Positions 44,364 through 55,486 of a DNA stretch of 60,943 bases are shown piece by piece (the stretch's first letter is position 1; every line of letters starts with the position of its first letter). The DNA lies in the NCBI GenBank assembly GCA_963847575.1, contig CAWKAL010000072.1, positions 1 through 60,943 of the forward strand, written 5' to 3'. The stretch comes from an uncultured Gammaproteobacteria bacterium (GTDB lineage: Bacteria; Pseudomonadota; Gammaproteobacteria; SZUA-229). Under the pieces are notes generated by a model, which did not search any database, was not told the DNA's origin, and was given only the letters and a program-made list of their open reading frames with translations. The translations under genes were made by a program, and so were the position numbers.

Positions 44364-45773
44364 TCAAGCAGCTTCCTGCGCGGCGATGTAGTTAATGGCA
44401 TGTTTCAGCCGTGACAGTGTTTTGCTTTTGCCCAGCGCTTCCAGCGTGATATCGATCGACGGCGATGAACCGCTGCCGGTGGCGGCGACGCGCAACGGCA
44501 TGCCCACCTTGCCCATGCCAACGCCGAGACTTGCAGCGGTCTGTTCCACCACCTGGTGGATCGCCGCCGCCTTCCAGTCGTCCAGCGCTTCGAACGCTGT
44601 CAACAATTCATCCAGCACTTTCGCTGCCGCTGCTTTCAGATGTTTTTTCGCCGCGTTAGAGTCATAGCTTTCAAAATCACGATATAAATACAGGCTTTCG
44701 TCCACCAGCGCATGCAGCGTGCTGCTGCGCTCGCGCATGAGCTCGGCAACCACTTCGACTGCCGGGCCGTCATTCACATTGATACCGCGTGCATTCAGGC
44801 CAGAGCGCAGAGCATCCGCAAGCTGGTCTGCAGGCAAATCCATAATGTATTGCTGGTTGAGCCAGATAAGCTTGTCCGGATTAAATGTCGACGCCGCTGA
44901 ATTGACATTGCCGATGTCGAAAAATTCGATCATCTCGGCGCGGCTGAACAGTTCCTGGTCGCCATGCGACCAGCCGAGGCGCACCAGGTAATTCATCAGC
45001 GCCTCGGGCAAATAACCTTCGTCGCGGTATTGCAGCACACTGACCGCGCCGTGGCGTTTCGATAACCGCTTGCCATCGGCACCCAGGATCATCGGCACAT
45101 GCGCGTACACCGGCAGGTTTGCGCCGAGTGCGTTCAGGATATTGATCTGGCGCGGGGTGTTATTGAGGTGATCATCACCGCGGATCACGTGGCTGATGTT
45201 CATGTCCCAGTCGTCTACCACCACGGTGAAATTATACGTCGGGGTGCCGTCGGGGCGCGCGATCACCAGGTCATCCAGCTCGCGGTTATTGATCACCACC
45301 CGGCCCTTGACCTTGTCGTCGATGATCACATCGCCGTCCAGCGGATTTTTAAAACGCACCACGGTACGATCATTTGGCGCCAGTCCGCGTTCGCGACAGC
45401 AGCCGTCATAGCGCGGTTTCTGCTTGTCCGCCATCTGTTGCTCGCGCAGTTTATCCAGCCGCTCGCGCGAGCAATCACAGTGATAGGCGTGCCCGGTCTC
45501 GATCAGTTGCTCGATGACTTCGCGGTAACGCTCGAAACGCTGCGTCTGGTAGAACGGGCCTTCATCGTAATCCAGCCCCAGCCAGTCCATGCCCTGCAAA
45601 ATGACATCGACCGAGGCCTGGGTGGAGCGTTCGCGGTCGGTATCTTCAATCCGCAATACAAATGTGCCACCGAGCTTGCGCGCGTATAACCAGGCGAACA
45701 GCGCGGTGCGGGCGCCTCCAATATGAAGGTAACCGGTCGGGCTGGGGGCAAAGCGGGTGCGTACAGTTGTCAT
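44364..45773 (-). CDS. gltX: Glutamate--tRNA ligase
   Basis: RFAPSPTGYLHIGG, LRIEDTD, KRLSKR. Confidence 0.97.
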   Translation of the reverse strand: MTTVRTRFAPSPTGYLHIGGARTALFAWLYARKLGGTFVLRIEDTDRERSTQASVDVILQGMDWLGLDYDEGPFYQTQRFERYREVIEQLIETGHAYHCDCSRERLDKLREQQMADKQKPRYDGCCRERGLAPNDRTVVRFKNPLDGDVIIDDKVKGRVVINNRELDDLVIARPDGTPTYNFTVVVDDWDMNISHVIRGDDHLNNTPRQINILNALGANLPVYAHVPMILGADGKRLSKRHGAVSVLQYRDEGYLPEALMNYLVRLGWSHGDQELFSRAEMIEFFDIGNVNSAASTFNPDKLIWLNQQYIMDLPADQLADALRSGLNARGINVNDGPAVEVVAELMRERSSTLHALVDESLYLYRDFESYDSNAAKKHLKAAAAKVLDELLTAFEALDDWKAAAIHQVVEQTAASLGVGMGKVGMPLRVAATGSGSSPSIDITLEALGKSKTLSRLKHAINYIAAQEAA

Positions 45774-45881
45774 GCCAGGGTCCAAAAAAAGTGCGCCTAT
45801 TCTAACGGCTCAGCCGCCACGGTGACAGCCTGATGATGCCTGTCCTGCCCCTTGATTGCCCGAGACCGTTACAATAGGCCA

Positions 45882-47006
45882 ATGTCCGCCACCGAAACAC
45901 CCGCAGAATCCAGCCTGGATTATTCCGACCTCGCCCGCCAGATCCGGCACTGGGCGCGCGAACTCGGGTTTCAGCAGGCCGAAATCAGCGGTACCGACCT
46001 GGCTGCTGACGAAGCCCATTTGCTCAACTGGCTCGATCAGGGCCGTCATGGCGAAATGGACTATATGCAACGCCACGGCAGCAAACGCAGCCGTCCTGCT
46101 GAACTGGTCCCGGGCACGCTGCGGGTGATCTCGGTACGCATGGATTATTTCCCGCCCGACGCCGAGCTCGCCGAAAGCGTACTGGCTAATCCACAGCTGG
46201 GCTATATTTCGCGCTACGCGCTGGGCCGCGACTACCACAGGCTGATGCGCAAACGCCTGCAGAAACTGGCGGATAAAATCCAGGCCAACAGCGGCGAATT
46301 CGGCTACCGCGTGTTCGTCGACAGCGCCCCGGTGCTGGAAAAAGCCCTGGCGCAAAGCGCCGGGCTCGGCTGGATCGGCAAGCACACCAACCTGATCAAT
46401 CGAAACGCCGGCTCGTGGTTTTTTCTCGGCGAGCTCTACACTGACCTGCCGTTACCGCTATCCTCGGCCGCCACCGAAGCCGCCACCGAAACCGATATCG
46501 ATGTCGAGCACGACAACAGTAACCACTGCGGCAGCTGCAGCGCGTGTATCGATATCTGCCCGACCCGGGCCATCGTCGCGCCCTACCAGCTCGACGCCCG
46601 GCGCTGTATTTCCTATCTCACGATTGAATACCAGGGCGTGATCGCGCCCGAGTTTCACGCCGGCATCGGCAACCGTATCTACGGCTGCGACGACTGCCAG
46701 CTGTGCTGCCCGTGGAACCGGTTCGCAAGTCCCACAGTCGAGCCGGATTTTTTCAGCCGGCACCCGCTGGACGCGCCGGATTTACTCGAACTGTTTGGCT
46801 GGACAGAAGACGAATTCCTGCGCCGCACCGAAGGCTCGGCGATGCGCCGCATCGGTTATGAACAATGGCAACGCAATCTCGCAGTCGCACTCGGCAATGC
46901 GCCGTATTCAGAACAGATTATCGAACGCCTGAAAACCGCCCTGCCCGACGCATCAGCGGTGGTGACCACACAGATAGGGATGGCACTGGCAAAACTAAAA
47001 AGCTAA
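45882..47006 (+). CDS. queG: Epoxyqueuosine reductase
   Basis: ISRYALGRDYH, VDSAPVLEK, CGSCSACIDICPT, GCDDCQLCCPWN. Confidence 0.95.
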   Translation: MSATETPAESSLDYSDLARQIRHWARELGFQQAEISGTDLAADEAHLLNWLDQGRHGEMDYMQRHGSKRSRPAELVPGTLRVISVRMDYFPPDAELAESVLANPQLGYISRYALGRDYHRLMRKRLQKLADKIQANSGEFGYRVFVDSAPVLEKALAQSAGLGWIGKHTNLINRNAGSWFFLGELYTDLPLPLSSAATEAATETDIDVEHDNSNHCGSCSACIDICPTRAIVAPYQLDARRCISYLTIEYQGVIAPEFHAGIGNRIYGCDDCQLCCPWNRFASPTVEPDFFSRHPLDAPDLLELFGWTEDEFLRRTEGSAMRRIGYEQWQRNLAVALGNAPYSEQIIERLKTALPDASAVVTTQIGMALAKLKS

Positions 47007-47011
47007 TTATT

Positions 47012-47151
47012 GCCGCGAATTACGCAAAGAACGCAATTTAAAGTCAGATTTTTTCCTGACAAGTAAGCTACCAGCTAACTATGCGGCGTATTTTTCATTT
47101 CCGTAATCAGAACTACAATTCTTAATTTGCGTTCTTTGCGTAATTCGCGGC
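47012..47151. repeat. GCCGC-arm inverted repeat cassette, copy 5 (no gene)
   Basis: Left 47012-47041 gccgcgaattacgcaaagaacgcaatttaa; right 47122-47151 rc gccgcgaattacgcaaagaacgcaaattaa (29/30). Confidence 0.92.
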
Positions 47152-47172
47152 CAAAATTAGTTTTGCAAACAC

Positions 47173-48831
47173 CTACTCATCACCCTCGCCATAACGCAAG
47201 CGGTAGTAATGGCCGATTAATCCATTGGTTGAACTGTCGTAATTTTCTGAACCGGTGCGCGCCAGCAGTTTCTGGTGAATATCGCCCGCCAGTTGTTTGC
47301 CGAGTTCCACGCCCCATTGATCGAATGAATTGATATTCCAGATCACGCCCTGGACAAATACCTTGTGTTCATACATGGCGATGAGCGCGCCCAGGGTTTT
47401 CGGATCGAGCTGTTCGAACAGAATTGAATTGGTCGGCTTGTTGCCTTCGAAGATTTTGTGCGGCAGCACGGCATCTATTTTGTCCTTGTCCATGCCACTC
47501 GCTTCCATTTCAAGCCGAGCTTCTTCGCGGGTTTTACCCACCATCAGCGCGCGCGTCTGCGCGAAGAAATTCGACAGCAACACGCGGTGCTGGCCGCCGA
47601 GTGGATTGCGGGTGCGTGCCGGAATCAGGAAATCGGCCGGCACCGGGTTAGCGCCCTGGTGCAACAGCTGAAAAAAAGCGTGCTGGCAGTTACTGCCGGT
47701 TTCACCCCAGATGATCGGGCCGGTGAGATAATTCACCCGCTCGCCCTGGCGGTTGATGGTTTTGCCGTTGCTCTCCATGTCGAGCTGCTGCAAATAGGAC
47801 GGCAGGCGCCGCAGGTACTGGCTATAGGAAATGACCGCGTGGCTCTGGGCGCCGAAGAAATTGTTGTACCAGATACCCAGCATCGCCAGCAGTACCGGAA
47901 GATTTTTCTCCAGCGGAGTGTTTTTAAAATGCAGGTCCATGGCGTGCGCGCCGCCCAGCATTTCTTCGAAGCGATCCATACCGATATACAGCACGATGGG
48001 CAAACCGATCGCCGACCAGAGCGAATAGCGGCCACCGACCCAGTCCCAGAACTCAAACATGTTTTCCGGCAGTATGCCGAACTCGGTGGCTTTTTCCCGG
48101 TTGGTGGTCACTGCCACGAAATGCTTTGCCACTGCGTTCTCGTTATTGGTGAGATCGACAAACCACTGGCGCGCACTGTGTGCGTTCATCATGGTTTCCT
48201 GGGTGGTAAAGGTTTTTGAAGCGATGATGAACAGGCAGGATTCCGGGCGCACCAGTTTTAAAATTTCGGTGAGATGCGTGGGATCGATATTGGAGACAAA
48301 ATGCACCCGCATGCCGCGCTGGGAAAACGGCTTCAGCGCATCGCAGACCACGTGCGGGCCCAGGTCTGAGCCGCCGATGCCGATATTAATCACATCGGTA
48401 ATCACCTGCCCGCTATAACCGCGCCAGTGACCGCCGCGCACACGCTCGGAAAAATAACGCAGCTGCGCCAGCACCCGGTTAACCTTGGGCATAACATTTT
48501 CGCCGTCGACGATCACCGGCGTATTGCTGCGGTTGCGCAGCGCGGTATGCAGCGCCGGGCGATATTCGGACACATTGATCGGCTCGCCTGAAAACATGCT
48601 GTCTCGCCAGCGTTCGATATCCACTTCGCGTGCCAGTGCCATCAACAGGCGCATGGTCTCGTCGGTAATACGGTTCTTGGAATAATCCAGCAAAATATCA
48701 TCCATGTGCGCGCTGAATTTTTCAAATCGGCCAGAATCTGCGCTAAACAGCTCACGCATATGCTGATTTTTGACTTCACTGAAATGCGTTTCTAAGGCAC
48801 TCCAGGCATTTAATTCGGTGAGTCTGGTCAT
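47173..48831 (-). CDS. pgi: Glucose-6-phosphate isomerase
   Basis: [44 protein letters not shown]. Confidence 0.98.
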   Translation of the reverse strand: MTRLTELNAWSALETHFSEVKNQHMRELFSADSGRFEKFSAHMDDILLDYSKNRITDETMRLLMALAREVDIERWRDSMFSGEPINVSEYRPALHTALRNRSNTPVIVDGENVMPKVNRVLAQLRYFSERVRGGHWRGYSGQVITDVINIGIGGSDLGPHVVCDALKPFSQRGMRVHFVSNIDPTHLTEILKLVRPESCLFIIASKTFTTQETMMNAHSARQWFVDLTNNENAVAKHFVAVTTNREKATEFGILPENMFEFWDWVGGRYSLWSAIGLPIVLYIGMDRFEEMLGGAHAMDLHFKNTPLEKNLPVLLAMLGIWYNNFFGAQSHAVISYSQYLRRLPSYLQQLDMESNGKTINRQGERVNYLTGPIIWGETGSNCQHAFFQLLHQGANPVPADFLIPARTRNPLGGQHRVLLSNFFAQTRALMVGKTREEARLEMEASGMDKDKIDAVLPHKIFEGNKPTNSILFEQLDPKTLGALIAMYEHKVFVQGVIWNINSFDQWGVELGKQLAGDIHQKLLARTGSENYDSSTNGLIGHYYRLRYGEGDE

Positions 48832-49133
48832 GTTATTCCTGTATACAGATGTTGTAGGACTGCGCGCTCGGTGTGCTCTTTATAGCGCGAACCGCCCGGT
48901 GATTCACTGTTTTCGATCAAGCCAGAATCGAACTGGCTGGCTCAGCGCCCGGACTGCACCATAGCTGTGCAACAAGGCTGCGCAACAACTGACCGCCCCG
49001 GCCGGCACACACGTCGCTGCGCTCAAGTATCTACCGACCGCGCCTTGGGCTATAATACCGCGCCTTACGGCACCGCGATGGCCGGCTCACGGGCACTTTA
49101 AACCGGGCACACACCCGACCTCACAGGCTATGC

Positions 49134-52015
49134 ATGTTAACTGATAACAACCAGAAAAATACAACCGAAACCCACCCGCCACGGGCGGCCGGGCTGCTCA
49201 ATACTGCGTCGATTGACAAGCAGTTGCGTGCCCGCGTCAAACTGTTCGGCAACCTGCTGGGGAATGTGCTGCTGACCCAGGCGGGCGCAGGTGTATACGA
49301 TGCAGTCGAAAAGCTGCGTACTGGATTCATCAGCCTGCACAAATCGAACAACCCGCACAAACGCGCACGCCTGATGGCCGTGATTGAAGCCCTTGATCCG
49401 CGCACGCTGGCGCTGGTGGTGCGCGCATTTAGCACTTATTTCAGCCTGGTCAATATCGCCGAAGAAGCCTCGCAACACCAGCAGCGCCGCCGCCAGATGC
49501 GCGACCGCCTCAAGGGCCACGGCCTGTGGCGCGGGTCGTTCGACTCCGTGCTCGTCGAACTCGAACATGACAAGGTCAGTGCCGAGCAAATGCAGGCCCT
49601 GCTCAATCGCCTCGCCTACATCCCGGTGATCACCGCACACCCGACCGAAGCCAAGCGCCGCAGCATCATGTATGCACTGCGCCGCATCTTTTTGACCAAC
49701 GAAAAACTCAACGACACCCGCCTTGGCAAATCACAACGCCAGGAAATTGTCGACGAACTCGAAACCCAGATCCAAATTCTGTGGCGCACCGACGAAGTGC
49801 GCGAAACCCGCCCGCAGGTACGCGACGAAATCAAGAACGGACTGTATTATTTCCGCGAAAGCCTGTTCCAGGCTGTGCCGGTGATTTACCGCAATCTTGA
49901 ATGCCGCATCAACGAACATTTCAAGGATACGCATATCCATGTACCGAGTTTTCTGCACTTTGGTTCATGGATCGGCGGCGACCGCGACGGCAACCCCAAT
50001 GTACAAACCCGAAACCACCGAACTGGCGCTGCGCCTGCAATCCAAAACAGCACTGCAGGAATATATTCGCCGCCTCACCGAAATTTTTAAGCAGCTGACA
50101 CATTCCAGCCAGTTGTGCACACCGAGCAGCGAATTTACCGAAAGCCTGAATCACGACGAAAACCTGCGCTTTGAAGTATTTACCACCAAGCCGACGATCT
50201 ACAGCGAAGCGCCTTATCGCCGCAAGATTGCCTTCATGCGCTACCGTCTGCAGCAAAACCTCGACCGGATTCGCGCGCAGATCGAACAATAATTACCAGG
50301 ACAAGGCCAGTTACAAGCATGCCTATGCGTCAGAAGAGGGTTTCTCAAGGACCTCTACCTGATTCGCGATTCGCTCTACAGCCACGGCGACCACAAGGTG
50401 GCCGACATGGTGCTGAAAGACCTGATACGCCTGGTCGAGTCATTCGGTTTTTACCTGATGCACCTCGATGTGCGCCAGGAATCGACCCGGCATACCGATG
50501 CAGTGGCCGAGATTCTGCAACAAATAGACGCCCGCCACGGATTACCACGCACTGGATGAAAACGCGCGCCTCGCGCTGCTGGCCGAGCTGCTGGAAAACC
50601 CGCGCGCAGGATTTCAAACTGGACAAGACCCATCTCGAGCGAACTCCATCGCGAAACCATGGAGGTGTTCGAAGTGATGGAAAGAATGCACTCGGAAATC
50701 AGCCCGAAAGCATTCGGTACCTACGTGATTTCGATGACCCACGCAGGCCAGCCATATCATGGAAGTCATGTGGCTGGCATCGCTGGTCGGGCTCGCCGGC
50801 AAGGACGCGCACGGCTGGCAATGCCGCATCCAGATCTCGCCGCTGTTTGAAACCATCGACGATCTCAACCACATCGAAACTGTACTCAGCGCACTGCTCG
50901 ATAACCCGGTGTACCGCGCCTGCTCGAGGCGTCAGGCAACCTGCAGGAAGTCATGCTGGGCTATTCCGATTCCTGCAAGGACGGCGGCATCCTGGCCTCC
51001 TCCTGGCAGCTGTTCGAAGCCCAGCGCAAGGTGATCGCGCTGACCGACAAGCACGGCATTGACTGCCGCCTGTTCCACGGCCGCGGCGGCACCATCGGCC
51101 GTGGCGGCGGCCCGACCTTCGAATCCATTCTGTCGCAGCCGGAAGGCACGGTGCACGGCGAAATCAAGTTCACCGAACAGGGTGAAGTGCTGTCGAACAA
51201 ATACAGCAACCCGGAAACCGCGGTGTACGAGCTCACCATGGGTATCACCGGGCTGATGCTGGCGAGCCGTCACAACGTGATGCCGGGCACTGACACCACC
51301 ACGCATGAACGCATGGAAATCATGCACGAGCTGATGAAAATCGGCGAAGACACCTATCGCGAACTCACCGACCGCACCGACGGCTTCCTCGATTATTTCT
51401 ACGAAGCCACACCGGTGAGTGAAATCGCGCCTGATGAATATTGGCTCACGGCCTTCACACCGCAAGAAAGGCGACCGCTCCAAGACCTCGGTGCGTGCCA
51501 TCGGCTGGGTATTCGGCTGGGCGCAGTCCCGCCATACCCTGCCCGCCTGGTACGGCATTGGCTCGGCACTGCAACAATGGTCGGGGAATGACGAAAGCCG
51601 TCTGCGTAAACTGCAGGAACTCTACGACCGCTGGCCGTATTTCCGCGCCCTGCTCAGCAATACCGAGATGGCGCTGTACAAGGCCGATATTGTCACCGCG
51701 GAAGAATATTCCGAACTTTGCCTGTCGGACGAGATGCGCAAACGTGTGTTCAGCATGGTCAGGGATGAATACCTGCGCACCCGTGACTTCACTCTCAAGG
51801 TGGCAAGAATGAACGCCCTGCTGGAAGATATCCCGGTATTGCAACTGTCATTAATGCGCCGCAATCCCTACCTCGACCCGCTCAACCACATCCAGATCAT
51901 GCTGCTGAAACGTTATCGCGATGAAAACCTGCCGCAGGAAGAACGTGATGAGTGGCTCAACCCGTTGTTACGCAGCATTAATGCCGTGGCCGCGGGAATG
52001 CGAAACACGGGATAA
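49134..52015 (+). CDS. ppc: Phosphoenolpyruvate carboxylase (several frameshifts)
   Basis: TAHPTE, WIGGDRDGNPNV, PLFET, MLGYSDSCKDGG, FHGRGGTIGRGGGP, NIGSRP, AAGMRNTG spread over different frames. Confidence 0.93.
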
Positions 52016-52139
52016 AAGCAATGAATAATTAATAAGTGAATAGCGAATAGCGAATAGCGAATGATAAAAAAACCCGGATAAATCCGGGTTTTTTTATGGC
52101 TTTAATTATTAATTATTAATTATTAATTATTCATTGCTT
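52016..52139. repeat. Inverted heptamer arrays filling the whole ppc/panD intergenic region
   Basis: Perfect 20-bp IR aagcaatgaataattaataa (52016-52035 and 52120-52139); (GAATAGC)n on the left, (TTAATTA)n on the right. Confidence 0.9.
52064..52097. terminator. Bidirectional Rho-independent terminator (ppc/panD)
   Basis: ATAAAAAAACCCGGAT-AA-ATCCGGGTTTTTTTAT, perfect IR with T-tracts on both strands, between convergent genes. Confidence 0.9.
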
Positions 52140-52520
52140 CTAAGCTACTTGTACCGGTATCCGGTCAGACGTATGCGTAATCGTATTATTAGCGTCAAGA
52201 TAAACCAGGGTGGGTTTAAAGTTGGCGACTTCGTGCTGCGCGAGGCGCGCATAGGCACAGATAATCACGCGATCACCCGGGCTGGCCTTGTGGGCCGCGG
52301 CACCGTTGACCGAGATGATCCCGGTGTTTTTCTCGGCACGAATGGCATAGGTGGTGAAACGCTCACCGTTATTCATATTATATATATGAATCTGCTCGTA
52401 CTCGTGAATGCCCGCACAATCCAGCAAGGCACCGTCGATGGCGCACGAACCCTCGTATTCCAGCTCGGAATGGGTGACGCGTGCTTGATGCAATTTGGCT
52501 TTTAATAGTGTCAGCTGCAT
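52140..52520 (-). CDS. panD: Aspartate 1-decarboxylase
   Basis: [18 protein letters not shown] (G-S cleavage site), [17 protein letters not shown]. Confidence 0.96.
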   Translation of the reverse strand: MQLTLLKAKLHQARVTHSELEYEGSCAIDGALLDCAGIHEYEQIHIYNMNNGERFTTYAIRAEKNTGIISVNGAAAHKASPGDRVIICAYARLAQHEVANFKPTLVYLDANNTITHTSDRIPVQVA

Positions 52521-52625
52521 GGAATTTGAGTCTTGGGTGTGGTGGATCGACTAAGCTTAGAGTACGTATTATCGGTCATCGTTCCGTTTGCATCAAGCAG
52601 GCCCGAAACCCCGTCAGGGCGGGCT

Positions 52626-53481
52626 TCAGGCGGCCTCGAGCACGAACGGTATGCTGTCTATCAGCCGGGTATCGCCCAGATGCACCGCGGCCAGCGCGAC
52701 CAGCTCGGTGTCACCGTCTTCGGGGGTTTGTAAATCGCGCTGCCTGCGCACCACCACGTAATCCACCTCAAAACCCTGTGCCTCGAGCGCCTGGCTGGCA
52801 TGGATCACCGCAAAACTGACACCGCTGGCAAGCCGGACCGTGTCCGCCAGCTGCTGCAGACACCGGCTCAGCTCGGCCGCGATTTTGCGCTGCGCGTGGT
52901 CGAGATAGGCGTTGCGTGAGCTCATTGCCAGGCCGTCGATTTCGCGTACCGTGGGCAGGCTGATGATTTCGATCGGCATCGCCAGGTCGCGCACCATGCG
53001 GCGAATCACCAGGCACTGCTGAAAATCTTTCTCGCCGAAAATGGCGACATCGGGCTGCACGATATTGAACAGCTTGTTCACCACGGTGGCGACACCGGTA
53101 AAAAAGCCCGGGCGGTACTCGCCTTCGAGAACATCAGACAGCCCGGGCACGTTGACACTGGTGCAGGCATCCTTGCCCTCGGGATACATGTCCTCGACCC
53201 CGGGGGCGAACACGCAATCCACCAAGGCAGCCTTGAGTCGCTCGCTATCAGCTTCGAAACTCCGCGGATAGGTCGCAAAATCTTCTTTCGGGCCAAACTG
53301 TTTAGGATTGACGAAAATACTCACCACGCAGCGTTTGCCACGATCGCGCGCGGCCTTCACCAGCGCCATGTGGCCGTTGATGCAGGTTGCCCATGGTGGG
53401 CACAAAGGCGATACGCTCGCCGGCCTGTTTCCACTGTCGAACCTGCTGCTGCATCGCCTTGGTGTTGTCGATAATCTGCAT
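52626..53481 (-). CDS. panC: Pantoate--beta-alanine ligase (frameshift near 53380)
   Basis: MQIIDN...FVPTMGNLH / GHMALV, SIFVNPKQF, FGEKDFQQ, GLAMSSRN, RLID. Confidence 0.93.
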
Positions 53482-53487
53482 ACAGGT

Positions 53488-54309
53488 TTATTCGAAGCTT
53501 TGCGCCTTCGCCGGAAAACTGCCGTCACGCACCGCGGCGATATAGGCCCTGACCGCGTCTTCGACACTGCCGCGACCGTGGAGGAAATCCTCGCTGAACT
53601 TCGGCCGGCGCCCGGGACTGACACCCAGAATGTCGTACAGCACCAGGATCTGGCCATCACAGCTATTGCCCGCACCGATACCGATCACCGGGATCGAAAG
53701 TTCGGCAGTGATCAGTGTCGCCAGTGGTGCCGGCACGCATTCCAGCAACATCATGTCGGCACCGGCTTGCTGCAGTATTTTGGCTTCGTGCAGCATGTGT
53801 TCTGCAGCCGACGCTTCGCGCCCCTGTACCCGGTAGCCGCCGAGTTTGTGCACGCGTTGCGGCTGCAGGCCCAGGTGTGCGCACACCGGGATACCGTGCT
53901 TGCTCAGCGCGCTGACGATGTCGGCCTGGTCGGCACCGCCTTCGAGCTTGACCATCTCGGCACCGGCCTGCTTCATGAAACGACCGGCGTTTTCCAGCGC
54001 CTGCGCGACCGTGGTGTAACTCAGAAACGGCATGTCGACCATGAGCAGTGCGTGCTCGACCCCGCGTCGCACCAGCTGGCTGTGATACAGCATGTCATCG
54101 ACACTCACCGGCAGCGTGGTTTCCAGTCCCTGCACCACCATGCCCAGCGAATCGCCGACCAGCACCACGTCGACACCGGCGTCATCGAGCACGCGCGCAA
54201 AACTGGCGTCGTACGCAGTCAGGCAGGCGATTTTTTCGCCCGCCGACTTGCGCGCCTGCAGGCTGCGTACGGTTATTTTTTTTGGCGAAGTTTCGCTATG
54301 CGCACTCAT
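53488..54309 (-). CDS. panB: 3-methyl-2-oxobutanoate hydroxymethyltransferase
   Basis: LTAYD, LVGDSLGM, VKLEGG, HLGLQPQ, GIGAG. Confidence 0.97.
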   Translation of the reverse strand: MSAHSETSPKKITVRSLQARKSAGEKIACLTAYDASFARVLDDAGVDVVLVGDSLGMVVQGLETTLPVSVDDMLYHSQLVRRGVEHALLMVDMPFLSYTTVAQALENAGRFMKQAGAEMVKLEGGADQADIVSALSKHGIPVCAHLGLQPQRVHKLGGYRVQGREASAAEHMLHEAKILQQAGADMMLLECVPAPLATLITAELSIPVIGIGAGNSCDGQILVLYDILGVSPGRRPKFSEDFLHGRGSVEDAVRAYIAAVRDGSFPAKAQSFE

Positions 54310-54980
54310 AACACCTGCCCCGGGTTGAAATAATGCCGGCCACTGCGATTTTTTAGAATGCGTTCGAGCAACATCTGGTAATCATCTTCGTTGTGGGCAA
54401 AATCGATATCGGTTGCATTCACGATCAGTAACGGCGCCTCCGCATACTGGTAAAAAAACTGCACGTAAGAATCACTCAGGCGTTGCAGGTAAGCGGCTTC
54501 GATCAGCTGCTCGTGACGAATGCCGCGCTGCTGGATACGATCAAGCAGCACTTCGACCGGCGCCTGCAGGTAAACCACGAGATCAGGTTTTGGCGTGTCA
54601 ATAGTGAGCGTGGCATACACCTGGTTGTATAAATCGAGTTCATCATCATCCAGTGTCAGCTCGGCGAACAGGCGATCTTTTTCGATCAGGTAATCCGCCA
54701 CCCGCACCGGTGAAAACATGTCATCCTGCCGAATTCCCCTGAGCTGGCGCGCACGTTGCAGCAAAAAATGCAGCTGCGTCGGCAACGCCGCAGCGCGCGG
54801 GTCTTCGTAAAATTTTTCCAGGAAGGGGTTATGTTCAGCGCCTTCCAGCACCAGGTCGCTGCCAAAACTCTGCGCCAGCTTGCGCGCCAGCGTGGTTTTA
54901 CCGACGCCGATCGGGCCTTCGACAACCACGAATCCGGGCCATGACCCGGTTAAAGGCAAACTTGCATTCGCCGGCTTCAT
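54306..54980 (-). CDS. Deoxynucleoside kinase family protein
   Basis: VEGPIGVGKTTLA, NPFLEKFY, PDLVVYLQA; located between folK and panB. Confidence 0.9.
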   Translation of the reverse strand: MKPANASLPLTGSWPGFVVVEGPIGVGKTTLARKLAQSFGSDLVLEGAEHNPFLEKFYEDPRAAALPTQLHFLLQRARQLRGIRQDDMFSPVRVADYLIEKDRLFAELTLDDDELDLYNQVYATLTIDTPKPDLVVYLQAPVEVLLDRIQQRGIRHEQLIEAAYLQRLSDSYVQFFYQYAEAPLLIVNATDIDFAHNEDDYQMLLERILKNRSGRHYFNPGQVL

Positions 54981-55486
54981 GCAATCTCTCCAACATAATG
55001 CAGACCATTCTGCGGGCACTGCTCAATCAATGTAGAAAGCTTACCACGACCCGGAATCAGCAAGGCCGGATTCAGCCGTTGAAGCGGATACAAGACGAAT
55101 TCGCGCAGTTCGATGCCGGGGTGCGGCACATGTAGATCTGGTTCATCAATCAAGTGTTCACCAAACAGCAGGATATCAAGATCGATTATTCTCGGCCCCC
55201 AGTGCTCGCCAAGGGTTCGTCCCATGCGGTTTTCGATCTGCTGCATACGACTGAGTAATTGCGCCGCATCTAGCCGGGTTTCAAGCTGCGCCACGGCATT
55301 GAGGTAATCGGGCTGGTCCTGAGGCCCCATGGGTTTGCTGCTAAACAGTCCGGAATCGGCAATATAGCGCGTGTCTTCCAGCTGTTTTAACTCGGCGACA
55401 GCACGTGCGATATTCTGTTTCGGTTGTTCGAGGTTGCTGCCGAGACCTATGTACACGGTCTCGAAAACCGCCACAGGCTCACTCAT
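54977..55486 (-). CDS. folK: 2-amino-4-hydroxy-6-hydroxymethyldihydropteridine diphosphokinase
   Basis: YIGLGSNL, QPDYLNAV, WGPRIIDLDIL, PHP. Confidence 0.96.
   Translation of the reverse strand: MSEPVAVFETVYIGLGSNLEQPKQNIARAVAELKQLEDTRYIADSGLFSSKPMGPQDQPDYLNAVAQLETRLDAAQLLSRMQQIENRMGRTLGEHWGPRIIDLDILLFGEHLIDEPDLHVPHPGIELREFVLYPLQRLNPALLIPGRGKLSTLIEQCPQNGLHYVGEIA

Noticed and set aside
53308-54333. Long plus-strand ORFs opposite panB, carB, ftsH, pgi and the O-methyltransferase gene
   Set aside because: Antisense shadows of GC-rich conserved genes with no independent motifs.
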